A stretch of DNA of 64,000 nt from a virus (IMGVR_UViG_3300033804_000029:1237-65236), one strand, 5' to 3'. Positions 28,086 through 36,395 are shown, counted from the stretch's first letter. A program made the numbers and translations. Notes: generated by a model not told the origin, from the letters alone.

Positions 28086-28223
28086 ATGGACCGCAAACTT
28101 TTCGGCGGTATCGACCCGGGCCAGTATGGGGGAATCGGCATCTTGGACCAGGCCGGCCAGTTTGTCGAGGCCCATAGATGGGATCTTAAGCGGCCAGCTG
28201 ATCTCTTCTCTATATTATTAAAA
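28086..28223 (+). pseudogene. Original 5' fragment of the RuvC-like resolvase gene, cut by IS1595
   Basis: MDRKLFGGIDPGQYGGIGIL; rejoins 30868 onward in frame when the IS and one TSD are removed. Confidence 0.85.
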
Positions 28224-28280
28224 GGCGATTATGCACTTCACAACGTACTTTTTGGCTTGCTTTTTTGTGTGATAATTGGT

Positions 28281-29282
28281 TTAGTCAGCATAACTATCCC
28301 ATATTTTTTCAAAACTCAATTTATCGATACCAATACTACGCATATCGGTAGGCATACCATTAGCATTTTTAATAAAAGAATCATCTTCTTGGGCGGGGGA
28401 TATTGGGGTAAAATCTTTTCTAGTCAACTGATAAGGCATTCCTGTTATATGAACGGTATTATCAAAAGTAGATTTATAGAGAACATATACAACAATCAGA
28501 AGAGTTTTAACGGATTCAATTTTCTGTCCTATATCTTTTTCAAAACTGGCAGGGGTGAAATTTGTAGAAATAGAATGCTCAATAGATGTTTCATTGGGAA
28601 AGAGATATCCAGTGATGTCCGCTTGCGAAGAGAAACCCATATCTCTGCTTTTTGCTTCCTCACATATGTTTCTAACTTTTTCGGGAATATACATATGGGG
28701 ATCAAAATCCATAAGGATTACTTCAACAGCAAATTTAACATCTGCGGCTGGAGTTGCACCGATGTTCTGAAATTGAAAACCAATATGAATACTAATCCCC
28801 CCGCCACTCATAAGGGTAATTGGAGCTACCCCGACAACCCTTGTATTTACAATTTTTATCCAGGGTCTTTGAGTGGAAGCCAATGTTTTATCAGCAACTT
28901 CCGCACTTTTTTTAGCTGCGTCGGCAGCTTTTTGCGCAACGTCAATAGATTCTTTCATGTGCCTGGAATGTTCTTGCGAAGTTTTATACAACGTATAAGT
29001 AAACAAAGCGATTACTATGGTAGCCAAAGCCATAACTACATCACTATAAATATCAATCCATTCAATGATACAATGAATTCCTTGTTTAGCATTAAGCAAA
29101 AGCGGCATGAAAAAAGGGAGAGATATTTCAGATCCAGAACCATAATTTTCTTGCTTGGTCTTATCTTGATTTATCTGATGTGGCGTCAGGGGCGGAGAAC
29201 AAAATGAGCCAATGGTTTCAATAGTTGCAATTATTACCAATACAAATAATATTTTATTTAATGATAGTTTATTATTTAGCAT
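28281..29282 (-). CDS. IS passenger: membrane-anchored hypothetical protein
   Basis: Two N-terminal hydrophobic segments, AQKAADAAKKSAEVA..QRPW, NIGATPA; AT-rich. Confidence 0.7.
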   Translation of the reverse strand: MLNNKLSLNKILFVLVIIATIETIGSFCSPPLTPHQINQDKTKQENYGSGSEISLPFFMPLLLNAKQGIHCIIEWIDIYSDVVMALATIVIALFTYTLYKTSQEHSRHMKESIDVAQKAADAAKKSAEVADKTLASTQRPWIKIVNTRVVGVAPITLMSGGGISIHIGFQFQNIGATPAADVKFAVEVILMDFDPHMYIPEKVRNICEEAKSRDMGFSSQADITGYLFPNETSIEHSISTNFTPASFEKDIGQKIESVKTLLIVVYVLYKSTFDNTVHITGMPYQLTRKDFTPISPAQEDDSFIKNANGMPTDMRSIGIDKLSFEKIWDSYAD

Positions 29283-29311
29283 AACCTTATTGCCACAAAG
29301 GAGACCAAAAA

Positions 29312-29530
29312 ATGAGCGATCAAGAGCAAAGCAAAAGGGAAATCCTTAAAGAGAAAGTGGTTTCTCTGGTTAAGGATTTTGTGAAAACTGAGGGCGGCAT
29401 AACTCAGGATGATTTACAAGTTTTGTTTGGGAATCCCAACGATCCCCGCAAAACAAAGGAATTTATGACCGACGGTGTGTCTGCCGCCCTTGGAGAATTA
29501 CCTATCTTCTTTAGTGAAGATTCCACCTAG
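29312..29530 (+). CDS. IS passenger: hypothetical protein
   Basis: AAGGAG RBS, 72 aa. Confidence 0.55.
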   Translation: MSDQEQSKREILKEKVVSLVKDFVKTEGGITQDDLQVLFGNPNDPRKTKEFMTDGVSAALGELPIFFSEDST

Positions 29531-29666
29531 CGATGTGCTTAATGGCGCATTCTGGGGTTTTTCCTTTCTCCATAAACCAAGCACAATCCGGATTACAGGT
29601 CGTGTCTTCGGGCTTTTTGGAGTTGGAACAGGCAACTTTTAAAGGACATTGTTTTTGTTCAAACAT
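29511..29666 (-). CDS. IS passenger: 51-aa Cys-rich protein
   Basis: AAGGAG RBS; KQCPL..C..C...CAWF...CAI. Confidence 0.5.
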   Translation of the reverse strand: MFEQKQCPLKVACSNSKKPEDTTCNPDCAWFMEKGKTPECAIKHIARWNLH

Positions 29667-29768
29667 GGCTTCTCACTCCTTTGTTTATGGTCATTCTCGC
29701 AAAATTACCATAACACAAAAACGGGTGAGAAGCCATGGGGTATTTAGTGGGGCAAGCATCCTTTGCCC

Positions 29769-30656
29769 TTAGAAACTCGTTTTTAGAACCTTATCCATCA
29801 TATTGAATTGTTTACGGTTGTTGAGCCGGAAAGAGAACTCGCTAAGGTAAAGGGGTAAATACTTGGCCGAAACCTTATGGAAAACGCCGGTGATGGCCCG
29901 CTTAAACAGAGACCAGACATTTTCGATCCCATTAGTATGGATATTCCCGGCCTTCACATAGGTTTTTGCTCCATGATTCACTGTATTATGGATAAACTCA
30001 GAGCTATCAAGCCAGAGATAAGACCGAAATTCATCGGTATGGATTTCAGCGCCAGGCATAGCGTGCTTGCGGATGAACACCCGCAAAGTACTGGCCTTGA
30101 CATTATCAACCGCTTTCATGAGGATTTTACCTGATGTCCGCTCTTTTATGGCGATTACGGGAATTTTATTGGCGGCTCCGCGCCCGCGTGGACCTCTGGC
30201 TTTGCCACCGATATAAGTCTCGTCAACTTCGCAGATACCGGCGAACTTCTGACAAAAATCCTCATCTTCCTGCATAGCCAGGCGGATGCGCTGGGCCATA
30301 TACCAGGCAGTGCGATAGCTTCCGATTGCCAGTTCTCTTTGAAGTTGGGTAGCAGGAACCCCTTTTTTAGCGGAGCAAATCAGATAGATTGCCAGAAACC
30401 ACTTAGTCAAAGGCAAATGAGAATCGTGAAAGACGGTGCCAGCAGTAATCGAGTATTGATAATGGCATTCTTTGCACTCGTAAAGGTGGCGAATTTTCTT
30501 GGTTTTCCCCAGGGTATTATATCGGAAGACTCTTTTGCTTCCGCACTTGATACAAGTCAAGCCGTCAGGCCAGCGAATGCGCTCAAAGTGCTCAATGCAC
30601 TTTTCCTCAGTGTCAAAACGCTTGATAACCTCAAAGATAGAAGGCTGTTTGTCCAT
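29769..30656 (-). CDS. IS1595-family (ISXO2-like) DDE transposase
   Basis: RWP.G..C.KCG Zn ribbon, GTVFHDSHLPL.KW, EVDETYIGG, HTDE, HTN.IE..WS.FKR, YL.EF.FR.N. Confidence 0.97.
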   Translation of the reverse strand: MDKQPSIFEVIKRFDTEEKCIEHFERIRWPDGLTCIKCGSKRVFRYNTLGKTKKIRHLYECKECHYQYSITAGTVFHDSHLPLTKWFLAIYLICSAKKGVPATQLQRELAIGSYRTAWYMAQRIRLAMQEDEDFCQKFAGICEVDETYIGGKARGPRGRGAANKIPVIAIKERTSGKILMKAVDNVKASTLRVFIRKHAMPGAEIHTDEFRSYLWLDSSEFIHNTVNHGAKTYVKAGNIHTNGIENVWSLFKRAITGVFHKVSAKYLPLYLSEFSFRLNNRKQFNMMDKVLKTSF

Positions 30657-31320
30657 GAGTGATTCTCCTGTTAAAAAGCTGTTTGCGGGAATTGATCCCG
30701 GTCAATTTGGCGGTTTGGGGATCGTAGATCAAGATGGTCAGTTTGTCGCCGCCTATCGCTGGGATATTCGAGAACCCCGTCGCCTATATCAGATATTGGA
30801 AACCTTATCTAAACCTAAAGATAGCACAGAAGAATCACGTTGTCAAGTGAATAATCGCCTATTAAAATATAGTGGTTTATTGGTTAAAGTTTATATCGAA
30901 GACGTGAATGTCTATCGGAAGCCGGAAGCTGGCATTGAGCTAAAACTAGGCGTCCCCGGCAATATGTTAATCAACTTCGGCATCTGGCAGGGCTGGCTCA
31001 TGGCCCTGGATATTGCCTATTCAGTTATCCCGATCAACACCTGGCAGGCTGCCCAAAAGCTCCTTTTCTGGAAAAAGAAAAAATCGAAAAATCCTGATCA
31101 CCATTCGCCCCTCAGCTTGGCCCGGGAGAAATGGCCTGAAGCATCACTTGAATTTAAAAGGGATGACGGAAAGGCCGCAGGTCTATTATTAGCAGACTGC
31201 GCCCGGAGGGACCACGAAAGGGGAATTGACCAAACCGCGGTCCGGCAGGTGAGAAAAGAAAAGGCGAAAAAGAAAAAGACTAACCAGAAACAGGCCCAGG
31301 CCCAAAGCATTTTATGGTAG
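30655..31320 (+). CDS. Reconstituted RuvC-like Holliday junction resolvase (IS-encoded N-terminus + phage C-terminus)
   Basis: AGIDPGQFGGLG, VYIE, NFGIWQG.L, P.TWQ, DDGKA.GLLLA; the frame runs through the IS TIR. Confidence 0.75.
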   Translation: MSDSPVKKLFAGIDPGQFGGLGIVDQDGQFVAAYRWDIREPRRLYQILETLSKPKDSTEESRCQVNNRLLKYSGLLVKVYIEDVNVYRKPEAGIELKLGVPGNMLINFGIWQGWLMALDIAYSVIPINTWQAAQKLLFWKKKKSKNPDHHSPLSLAREKWPEASLEFKRDDGKAAGLLLADCARRDHERGIDQTAVRQVRKEKAKKKKTNQKQAQAQSILW

Positions 31321-31331
31321 GAGACCTAGCC

Positions 31332-32096
31332 ATGTCACCTAAAAAATCCGACAGACCCGATCCCGGTGCCGATCCGCTAGCCGACCCGGCCCCCCGGCGC
31401 CGACCTGGCCGTCCCTACCGACAGGCCAAGCCCGCCACAGTGGCCTTACCAGAATCCATCGCCCGCCAAGACCTATATAATATATATAATATACTTAATA
31501 TGGATAAGATAAGTGGTGATAATCAAATATTAATTGATTGTAATATAGAAGCCATTATGAAAGAAGTAGATCAATGTCTTGAAAGAATTGGTGAAAAAGG
31601 CGTTTTATCTACCAAAGAGATGAAATTCCTCTATTTCTCCCTTACAGAAAAAATGCCTATTATGAAATCTTTAAAATTGTCAGGAATATTAGATGATTAT
31701 AAAAGAGAAATCCCTGAACGTACAGCTTATTGGATTGCAAAACAAATAGTGAAAAAATATGAAGCGCACGAGGCGGATCACAGAAAGATTTTTCGGGCAA
31801 TCGGGTTAGGTGAGGTTCGGACCGCGCTGGGTATCCTGGCCCTCTGTGATGATCCCGAAAGGCGATGGCAGGCCAAAGGATTAGAGCTTGCCTCTAAGAA
31901 TTTGGGCCTACAAAAAGAATATATCGAAGGAAGTCAAGGATTTACGGTTATTATCCAAGGCCCTGACGCTGCGGTACAGATTAACCAGGGCATAGCTGGG
32001 CAGCCGCCACTGCCTCATCAGGCACCACAAGATGTTGATACCTATCGCCATCCCAAGCCTGCGATCCCAGGCAAACCTATTAAAATCATTGACTAA
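31332..32096 (+). CDS. Hypothetical protein, possible terminase small subunit
   Basis: RRPGRP N-terminus, helical core, low-complexity tail; start of the rightward late arm (positional inference). Confidence 0.4.
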   Translation: MSPKKSDRPDPGADPLADPAPRRRPGRPYRQAKPATVALPESIARQDLYNIYNILNMDKISGDNQILIDCNIEAIMKEVDQCLERIGEKGVLSTKEMKFLYFSLTEKMPIMKSLKLSGILDDYKREIPERTAYWIAKQIVKKYEAHEADHRKIFRAIGLGEVRTALGILALCDDPERRWQAKGLELASKNLGLQKEYIEGSQGFTVIIQGPDAAVQINQGIAGQPPLPHQAPQDVDTYRHPKPAIPGKPIKIID

Positions 32097-32306
32097 TCAG
32101 ATATGAGTACCACTTTTACTCAAAAATGGTACTGGCCGGGGCGGTCTGACCCGCTCCGATCCCGGCGGTCGCCGGCGGCCAGGCGGCGCCATCCCTGCCT
32201 GCGCATTTTCTCGGCCTAGAAGTGAAACCCCTAGGCCGGAGTCCCGTCCCCCCCATGACTTGATAACCTACGCAAGAAATTTTTGATTTTTAAAATTAGG
32301 TATATT

Positions 32307-33464
32307 ATGATGCTGGCCATGGGATTAAGGGTTGGCTCACTTTTTACAGGGATAGGCGGCTTTGATTTGGGGTTAGAGATGGATGTTGCTTGGCAGGTGG
32401 AGATTGACCGGGACTGCAACTGGGTTCTATCCCACCATTTTCCAGAGACGGAGAGGTTTGGTGATGTCAGAGAAACCGGGAAAGGAAATCTCAGGTCAGT
32501 TGACCTTATTTGTGGGGGGTTTCCCTGCCAGGACTTGTCCGTTGCCGGGAAGAGGGCGGGTCTGGATGGAGAGCGATCCGGCCTCTGGTTTGAGTTCCAT
32601 CGAGTTATTCGGGAGCTTTCGCCTGAATGGGTGCTTATCGAGAACGTCCCCGGTCTGTTGTCCTCTAACGGAGGGCGGGATTTTGCCGTCATCCTTTCCG
32701 GGCTGGCAGAACTCGGGTATTATGCGGCTTGGCGAATCCTGGACGCTCAGTATTTCGGAGTGGCCCAACGACGCCGCCGCGTGTTCGTTGTCGGAAGTCT
32801 TGGAGACGGACGTTGCGCCGAGGTACTTTTTGAGTCCGCGTGCGGCTGCGGGCATCCTCCGCCGGGCCGAGAGAAGGGGGAAGGAATTGCCAGAGACTTT
32901 GCGCCGAGCCTTAGCGCATCTGGCCGGGGGACAAGCAGAACCGGAGAAAGCCGCGGGCAAGACCCCTTAGTTGTGACCCCTACCCTGCGGGGCGGCTCTC
33001 CTGGCGGCAGCACACATGGAAAACCGTCAGGGACGGATCAGGGGCCATTGACCGTTAGAAACAGTGGCCAAGGGTTCTGGCAGGAAGATGATAAGGCGGC
33101 GACTATGCGAAAAGAGGCTGCTGGGGTTCACGAATCAACTTTGGTAGCCCAGCAGGTCCAGTGGGCCTCCGGTGGGGGTAACGAGGCGGAGCATAATTAT
33201 CAGTTTGTGGCTTATACCCTCAATGCCAAAGGTGGAAGCGGCAGACTTGATGGAGAGAGCGAAACTTTTATTCCTTCAACTATGCTTGTCCGCCGCCTGA
33301 CCCCGAAGGAGTGCCTGCGGTTGCAGGGGTTCCCGGATGATTGGCTGGACCTGGACCCGCCGCTATCTGACTCCGCCAAGTACCGGATGATCGGGAATGC
33401 CGTGGCGGTGCCGGTGGTCAGGTGGATTGGGGAAAGGATAAAAAGAATTTCAAAAACTTCTTGA
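32307..33464 (+). CDS. dcm: C5 cytosine DNA methyltransferase
   Basis: LFTGIGG, GGFPCQD, ENVPG, QRRRRVF, RRLTPKEC.RLQGFP, GNAV. Confidence 0.97.
   Translation: MMLAMGLRVGSLFTGIGGFDLGLEMDVAWQVEIDRDCNWVLSHHFPETERFGDVRETGKGNLRSVDLICGGFPCQDLSVAGKRAGLDGERSGLWFEFHRVIRELSPEWVLIENVPGLLSSNGGRDFAVILSGLAELGYYAAWRILDAQYFGVAQRRRRVFVVGSLGDGRCAEVLFESACGCGHPPPGREKGEGIARDFAPSLSASGRGTSRTGESRGQDPLVVTPTLRGGSPGGSTHGKPSGTDQGPLTVRNSGQGFWQEDDKAATMRKEAAGVHESTLVAQQVQWASGGGNEAEHNYQFVAYTLNAKGGSGRLDGESETFIPSTMLVRRLTPKECLRLQGFPDDWLDLDPPLSDSAKYRMIGNAVAVPVVRWIGERIKRISKTS
32464..32970 (+). CDS. Nested alternative-frame ORF within dcm (M.EcoHK31I beta-like)
   Basis: Own GGAGAGG RBS; CSLSEVLE..RYFLSPRAAAGILRRAERRGKELP motif. 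Confidence 0.6.
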   Translation: MSEKPGKEISGQLTLFVGGFPARTCPLPGRGRVWMESDPASGLSSIELFGSFRLNGCLSRTSPVCCPLTEGGILPSSFPGWQNSGIMRLGESWTLSISEWPNDAAACSLSEVLETDVAPRYFLSPRAAAGILRRAERRGKELPETLRRALAHLAGGQAEPEKAAGKTP

Positions 33465-33577
33465 CACGGCGATTTTTGCTGTGGTAGAAGGGGGGCATCC
33501 ACGGATGGAAAGGTTGGATGGCCAAGGAGGGCCAGCGGCAATGTGAGGAGCATAGGTGGGAGGTTGCATCAGGTGGG

Positions 33578-33624
33578 ATGGGGAGGAGCGAACCCGGGAC
33601 AGGTAGATGCTCCTCCCCATTTTT
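33578..33624 (+). terminator. Intrinsic terminator / attenuator
   Basis: ATGGGGAGGAGC...GCTCCTCCCCAT followed by TTTT. Confidence 0.6.
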
Positions 33625-33677
33625 GTCTTGACAGGCGGGGGATAGTAGGGCAGATTGTTGGGCAAAGGAGCAATCCG

Positions 33678-33869
33678 ATGGAAGGACAGACCGCAAAATC
33701 TTTGAATACCATGATCATCCGGTATGACGGTCCCGCCGATGAAGAGTTCGAGGCCAAGGTCAGGGGTCTCTTTGAAGAGCACGGTTGGAAGTGGAGCGGG
33801 TCCGGGAGGGATGTTAACCCGCCTTTTTGCCGGGAGTTGGTCTTCACCAAGGCGCAGCCGGAAAGATAA
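33678..33869 (+). CDS. Hypothetical protein
   Basis: AAGGAG RBS; W.GSG...RELVF. Confidence 0.5.
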   Translation: MEGQTAKSLNTMIIRYDGPADEEFEAKVRGLFEEHGWKWSGSGRDVNPPFCRELVFTKAQPER

Positions 33870-33876
33870 ACCCGCC

Positions 33877-34074
33877 ATGAGTAAATGCACCGGCTACCTC
33901 TCCCACTATCACGCGGAGGAGAGCCCATTTTGCCGGGCTGAGTGCTTCTTTTGGCTGAATGAGGTCTGTGATAGCGATGAGAGCCCTTACCGCGGGCAAG
34001 CTTGCCCCTGGGAAGGACGTCCACAGCAGGCTGAGACCGTGGCCAGGATGATCGGGGAAAGGTGCGAAGTATGA
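33877..34074 (+). CDS. Small Cys-rich protein
   Basis: Coupled ORF with several Cys. Confidence 0.4.
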   Translation: MSKCTGYLSHYHAEESPFCRAECFFWLNEVCDSDESPYRGQACPWEGRPQQAETVARMIGERCEV

Positions 34075-34376
34075 AGTGTAAATACGGGATCGGGGAAACT
34101 GACCTCGAAAACTGCCGGATGGCCTATATTCACGTTGAAGGTTATTATCCCAGCATGGAAATCGCCCTCAGTCTCCTCTGTTCCAACCGGATACCCTGTA
34201 AATTGTGTAGGCTCCGAACCCACCCTTTCAAACTCGATGAATTTGGTCATTGCGGTGGTTGCGCCAGGCGATGGTCCGAGATCCTCCATGCGGGGGAACC
34301 CGACTATCTCCAGCTTAACCCGGATGAATACCCTCACGTTTGGAGGGCAAAACAAGGAGTAAGGTTTGAGCCATGA
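34071..34376 (+). CDS. Small Cys-rich protein
   Basis: CKLC...CGGC; ATGA coupling on both sides. Confidence 0.5.
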   Translation: MKCKYGIGETDLENCRMAYIHVEGYYPSMEIALSLLCSNRIPCKLCRLRTHPFKLDEFGHCGGCARRWSEILHAGEPDYLQLNPDEYPHVWRAKQGVRFEP

Positions 34377-35305
34377 GCAATAAAGAAAAAGGCGCAAATA
34401 AAATTGGCCGATTGGTTGACTCCAAAGGGGAAACCTTAGTGGAGTTTTTTGGGCCTCCCAGCGCCTTAAGCAAAGATGCGGACATTCTCTCTCAGGGACT
34501 ATATGCCCTTTCTGAGTTTATTATTCGAGGTCTGCCTGATACCCCCCATGGTTGTGGTTGTCTGGGGGGTACTTACGGTTATGGACCGAAGTATGAAAAT
34601 GATATTTTCGCAATGCGTCCCGATTATATGGATGCTAAATGCACTTGTGGCTTTAGAGAAATAGCCGAAGCGTGGCACGAAGCCCATCCTCATTCAGATT
34701 CATGCTATCATACAGAAGTTTATCGAATTGACTTTGATGACCACGAAGCAAGACGGAAATGTGATGAATCATGTGTCAAGCGTGATAAATTTCCTTGGCT
34801 TAGTAAAGAAGCTGATGAAGTTCAAAAAGAAGTAGAATATTGGAGTAATAAACATAGAAAATGGCAAGATTCAGTTCTTAAAAAACTATGTAAAAAACAT
34901 AGTATTCCTTGGAATAAGGGATATGGTTGCATGGTTCATTGCGATTGTGGGCAAGAGGAATTGCGTGAAAAGTTTTTTGAAGAAAACAATCATATCCCCA
35001 CTTGCGAATTGGTCCTGCCAAATTTCTATCATAAAAAGAGCGGATTGGAGGTTCGTTGGTACAAATGGATTGGCCGGGACATGGAAATAAACCGAGATAA
35101 AATTACCGTTGGAGAAGTAATTCCCATCTTAAAAGAATGTTTTGATTCTCTTCCTGCAGAAGCCATTGAAAAGGCCAAGGCAGAGATCGAATATGAGAAT
35201 ACCCCAGAGTATAAAGCCGAACAGGAAGAAATGATGCGGCGAGTGTTTTCGGCTATTAATGAAATGGTATTCAACGAAGGAGATCCATCATGTCCATCGA
35301 CATGA
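34373..35305 (+). CDS. Cys/His-rich hypothetical phage protein
   Basis: YEND.F.MRP, CTCG, CDCG, PNF.HK.SGLEVRWYKWIGRDME. Confidence 0.7.
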   Translation: MSNKEKGANKIGRLVDSKGETLVEFFGPPSALSKDADILSQGLYALSEFIIRGLPDTPHGCGCLGGTYGYGPKYENDIFAMRPDYMDAKCTCGFREIAEAWHEAHPHSDSCYHTEVYRIDFDDHEARRKCDESCVKRDKFPWLSKEADEVQKEVEYWSNKHRKWQDSVLKKLCKKHSIPWNKGYGCMVHCDCGQEELREKFFEENNHIPTCELVLPNFYHKKSGLEVRWYKWIGRDMEINRDKITVGEVIPILKECFDSLPAEAIEKAKAEIEYENTPEYKAEQEEMMRRVFSAINEMVFNEGDPSCPST

Positions 35306-35508
35306 TTCCGGTTGAGTCCGGGCACATTGAGGCCATCGGCTACGATCCCTACTCTGAGGAGATGCGGATCAGATTTGTGGGGAATCACCTTTATGTCTAT
35401 CGAGGGGTCCCCCAGGAAATTTGGGATCAGTTCAGGGTTGCCCAATCAAAAGGACAGTTCTTCGCCGCCCATATTAAGAAGCAGTATGTAGGGTTGAGGC
35501 TTTCTTGA
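35290..35508 (+). CDS. KTSC domain protein
   Basis: PVES..I.AIGYD..Y.Y.GVP..SKGQFF..HIK. Confidence 0.9.
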   Translation: MSIDMIPVESGHIEAIGYDPYSEEMRIRFVGNHLYVYRGVPQEIWDQFRVAQSKGQFFAAHIKKQYVGLRLS

Positions 35509-35650
35509 GCAGATTTTGCGAAGTCTGTCTTTCTGCTATCCCTTATCCTCTGGGGCGGCAGAAGACCTGCGTTTTGGGACCATGCCGGGTAATTTACCGG
35601 CGGCGTTACAACCGGGAATATCAACGGCGATATTATAGAAGGAACTTTAA

Positions 35651-35980
35651 ATGCAAATAAAAAGCGCGGGACTACCAAAGCGTCTTCCTTATATATCGAT
35701 AGAAGGCTATAGAATAAAAATACATAATTATAAGTCTTGGGATTATTCAAAAGATTATTTAAGGAATATGACGCCAAGTGGAGTTTGTCATATAGTTTAT
35801 TGGGTATATAGATTTACAAAAAACCCAGTAAACAAAAAAGGCCAACATGCATTAATAATGGTTACATATATAATGATTAATTATTATACGGGTGTTCAAT
35901 CATACTATTTAAGAGAAAAGCATTATTCCCAATATTGGAGAGAAAGGTTAAAGCATGATTCGCAAAGCAAAAATAAATGA
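35651..35980 (+). CDS. AT-rich hypothetical protein, paralogue of 10152-10478
   Basis: KIHNYKSW...NYYTGVQSYYL. Confidence 0.6.
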   Translation: MQIKSAGLPKRLPYISIEGYRIKIHNYKSWDYSKDYLRNMTPSGVCHIVYWVYRFTKNPVNKKGQHALIMVTYIMINYYTGVQSYYLREKHYSQYWRERLKHDSQSKNK

Positions 35981-36395
35981 AGTTCCCGCTATTAGGGAGT
36001 TCTTACTTTATTTCAACGAAGAATTACTTCCTCGGTCTTTAGCGTATCTTTATGAGCATCTTCGGGATTATTTTATTGCAGAAGCTTATTCTAATATAGT
36101 AGGAGTATCGGCCCTTCATATTTGCTGGGACGGCTGGGGGGAAATTCGGTCTTTGGCAGTTGCCCCCGCCCATCAAGATCAAGGAATAGGTTCTCGATTG
36201 GTTGAGAATTGCTTAGAAGAGGCTAAAGTGCTTGGTATTAAACAGGTCTTTGTGCTTTGCCGGGTTGCAGAATTTTTTTATAAACTTGGATTTAAGGAAA
36301 TAAAAAAGGAAGAATTGCCGGTGAGAATTTGGGCAGACTGTGTACCTTGCCATAAATTCCCTTGCGATGAGATTCCCATGCTACTAATGCTTTAA
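35955..36395 (+). CDS. GNAT acetyltransferase, short ArgA-like
   Basis: IRKA, LLPRSL..LYEHLRDY, ALHICW..EIRSLAV, QGIG..LV, FF.KLGF, IWADC..C.KF. Confidence 0.85.
   Translation: MIRKAKINEVPAIREFLLYFNEELLPRSLAYLYEHLRDYFIAEAYSNIVGVSALHICWDGWGEIRSLAVAPAHQDQGIGSRLVENCLEEAKVLGIKQVFVLCRVAEFFYKLGFKEIKKEELPVRIWADCVPCHKFPCDEIPMLLML

Larger units (their letters stand above)
28224..30859 (-). mobile_element. IS1595-family element with passenger genes (2636 bp)
   Basis: TIRs GGCGATTATGCACTTCACAACGT / GGCGATTATTCACTTGACAACGT (21/23), 8-bp TSD TATTAAAA at 28216-28223 and 30860-30867, IS1595 transposase inside. Confidence 0.95.

Noticed and set aside
28086-30800. RuvC N-terminal duplication as an assembly artefact or large TSD
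   Set aside because: The copies differ at most synonymous sites, and the second lies inside the TIR with a clean 8-bp TSD outside.
30655-31320. RuvC domain next to a transposase as a TnpB/IscB-like RNA-guided nuclease
   Set aside because: It is a short phage resolvase-type RuvC whose C-terminal part lies outside the TIR/TSD; no Zn finger or other TnpB features.
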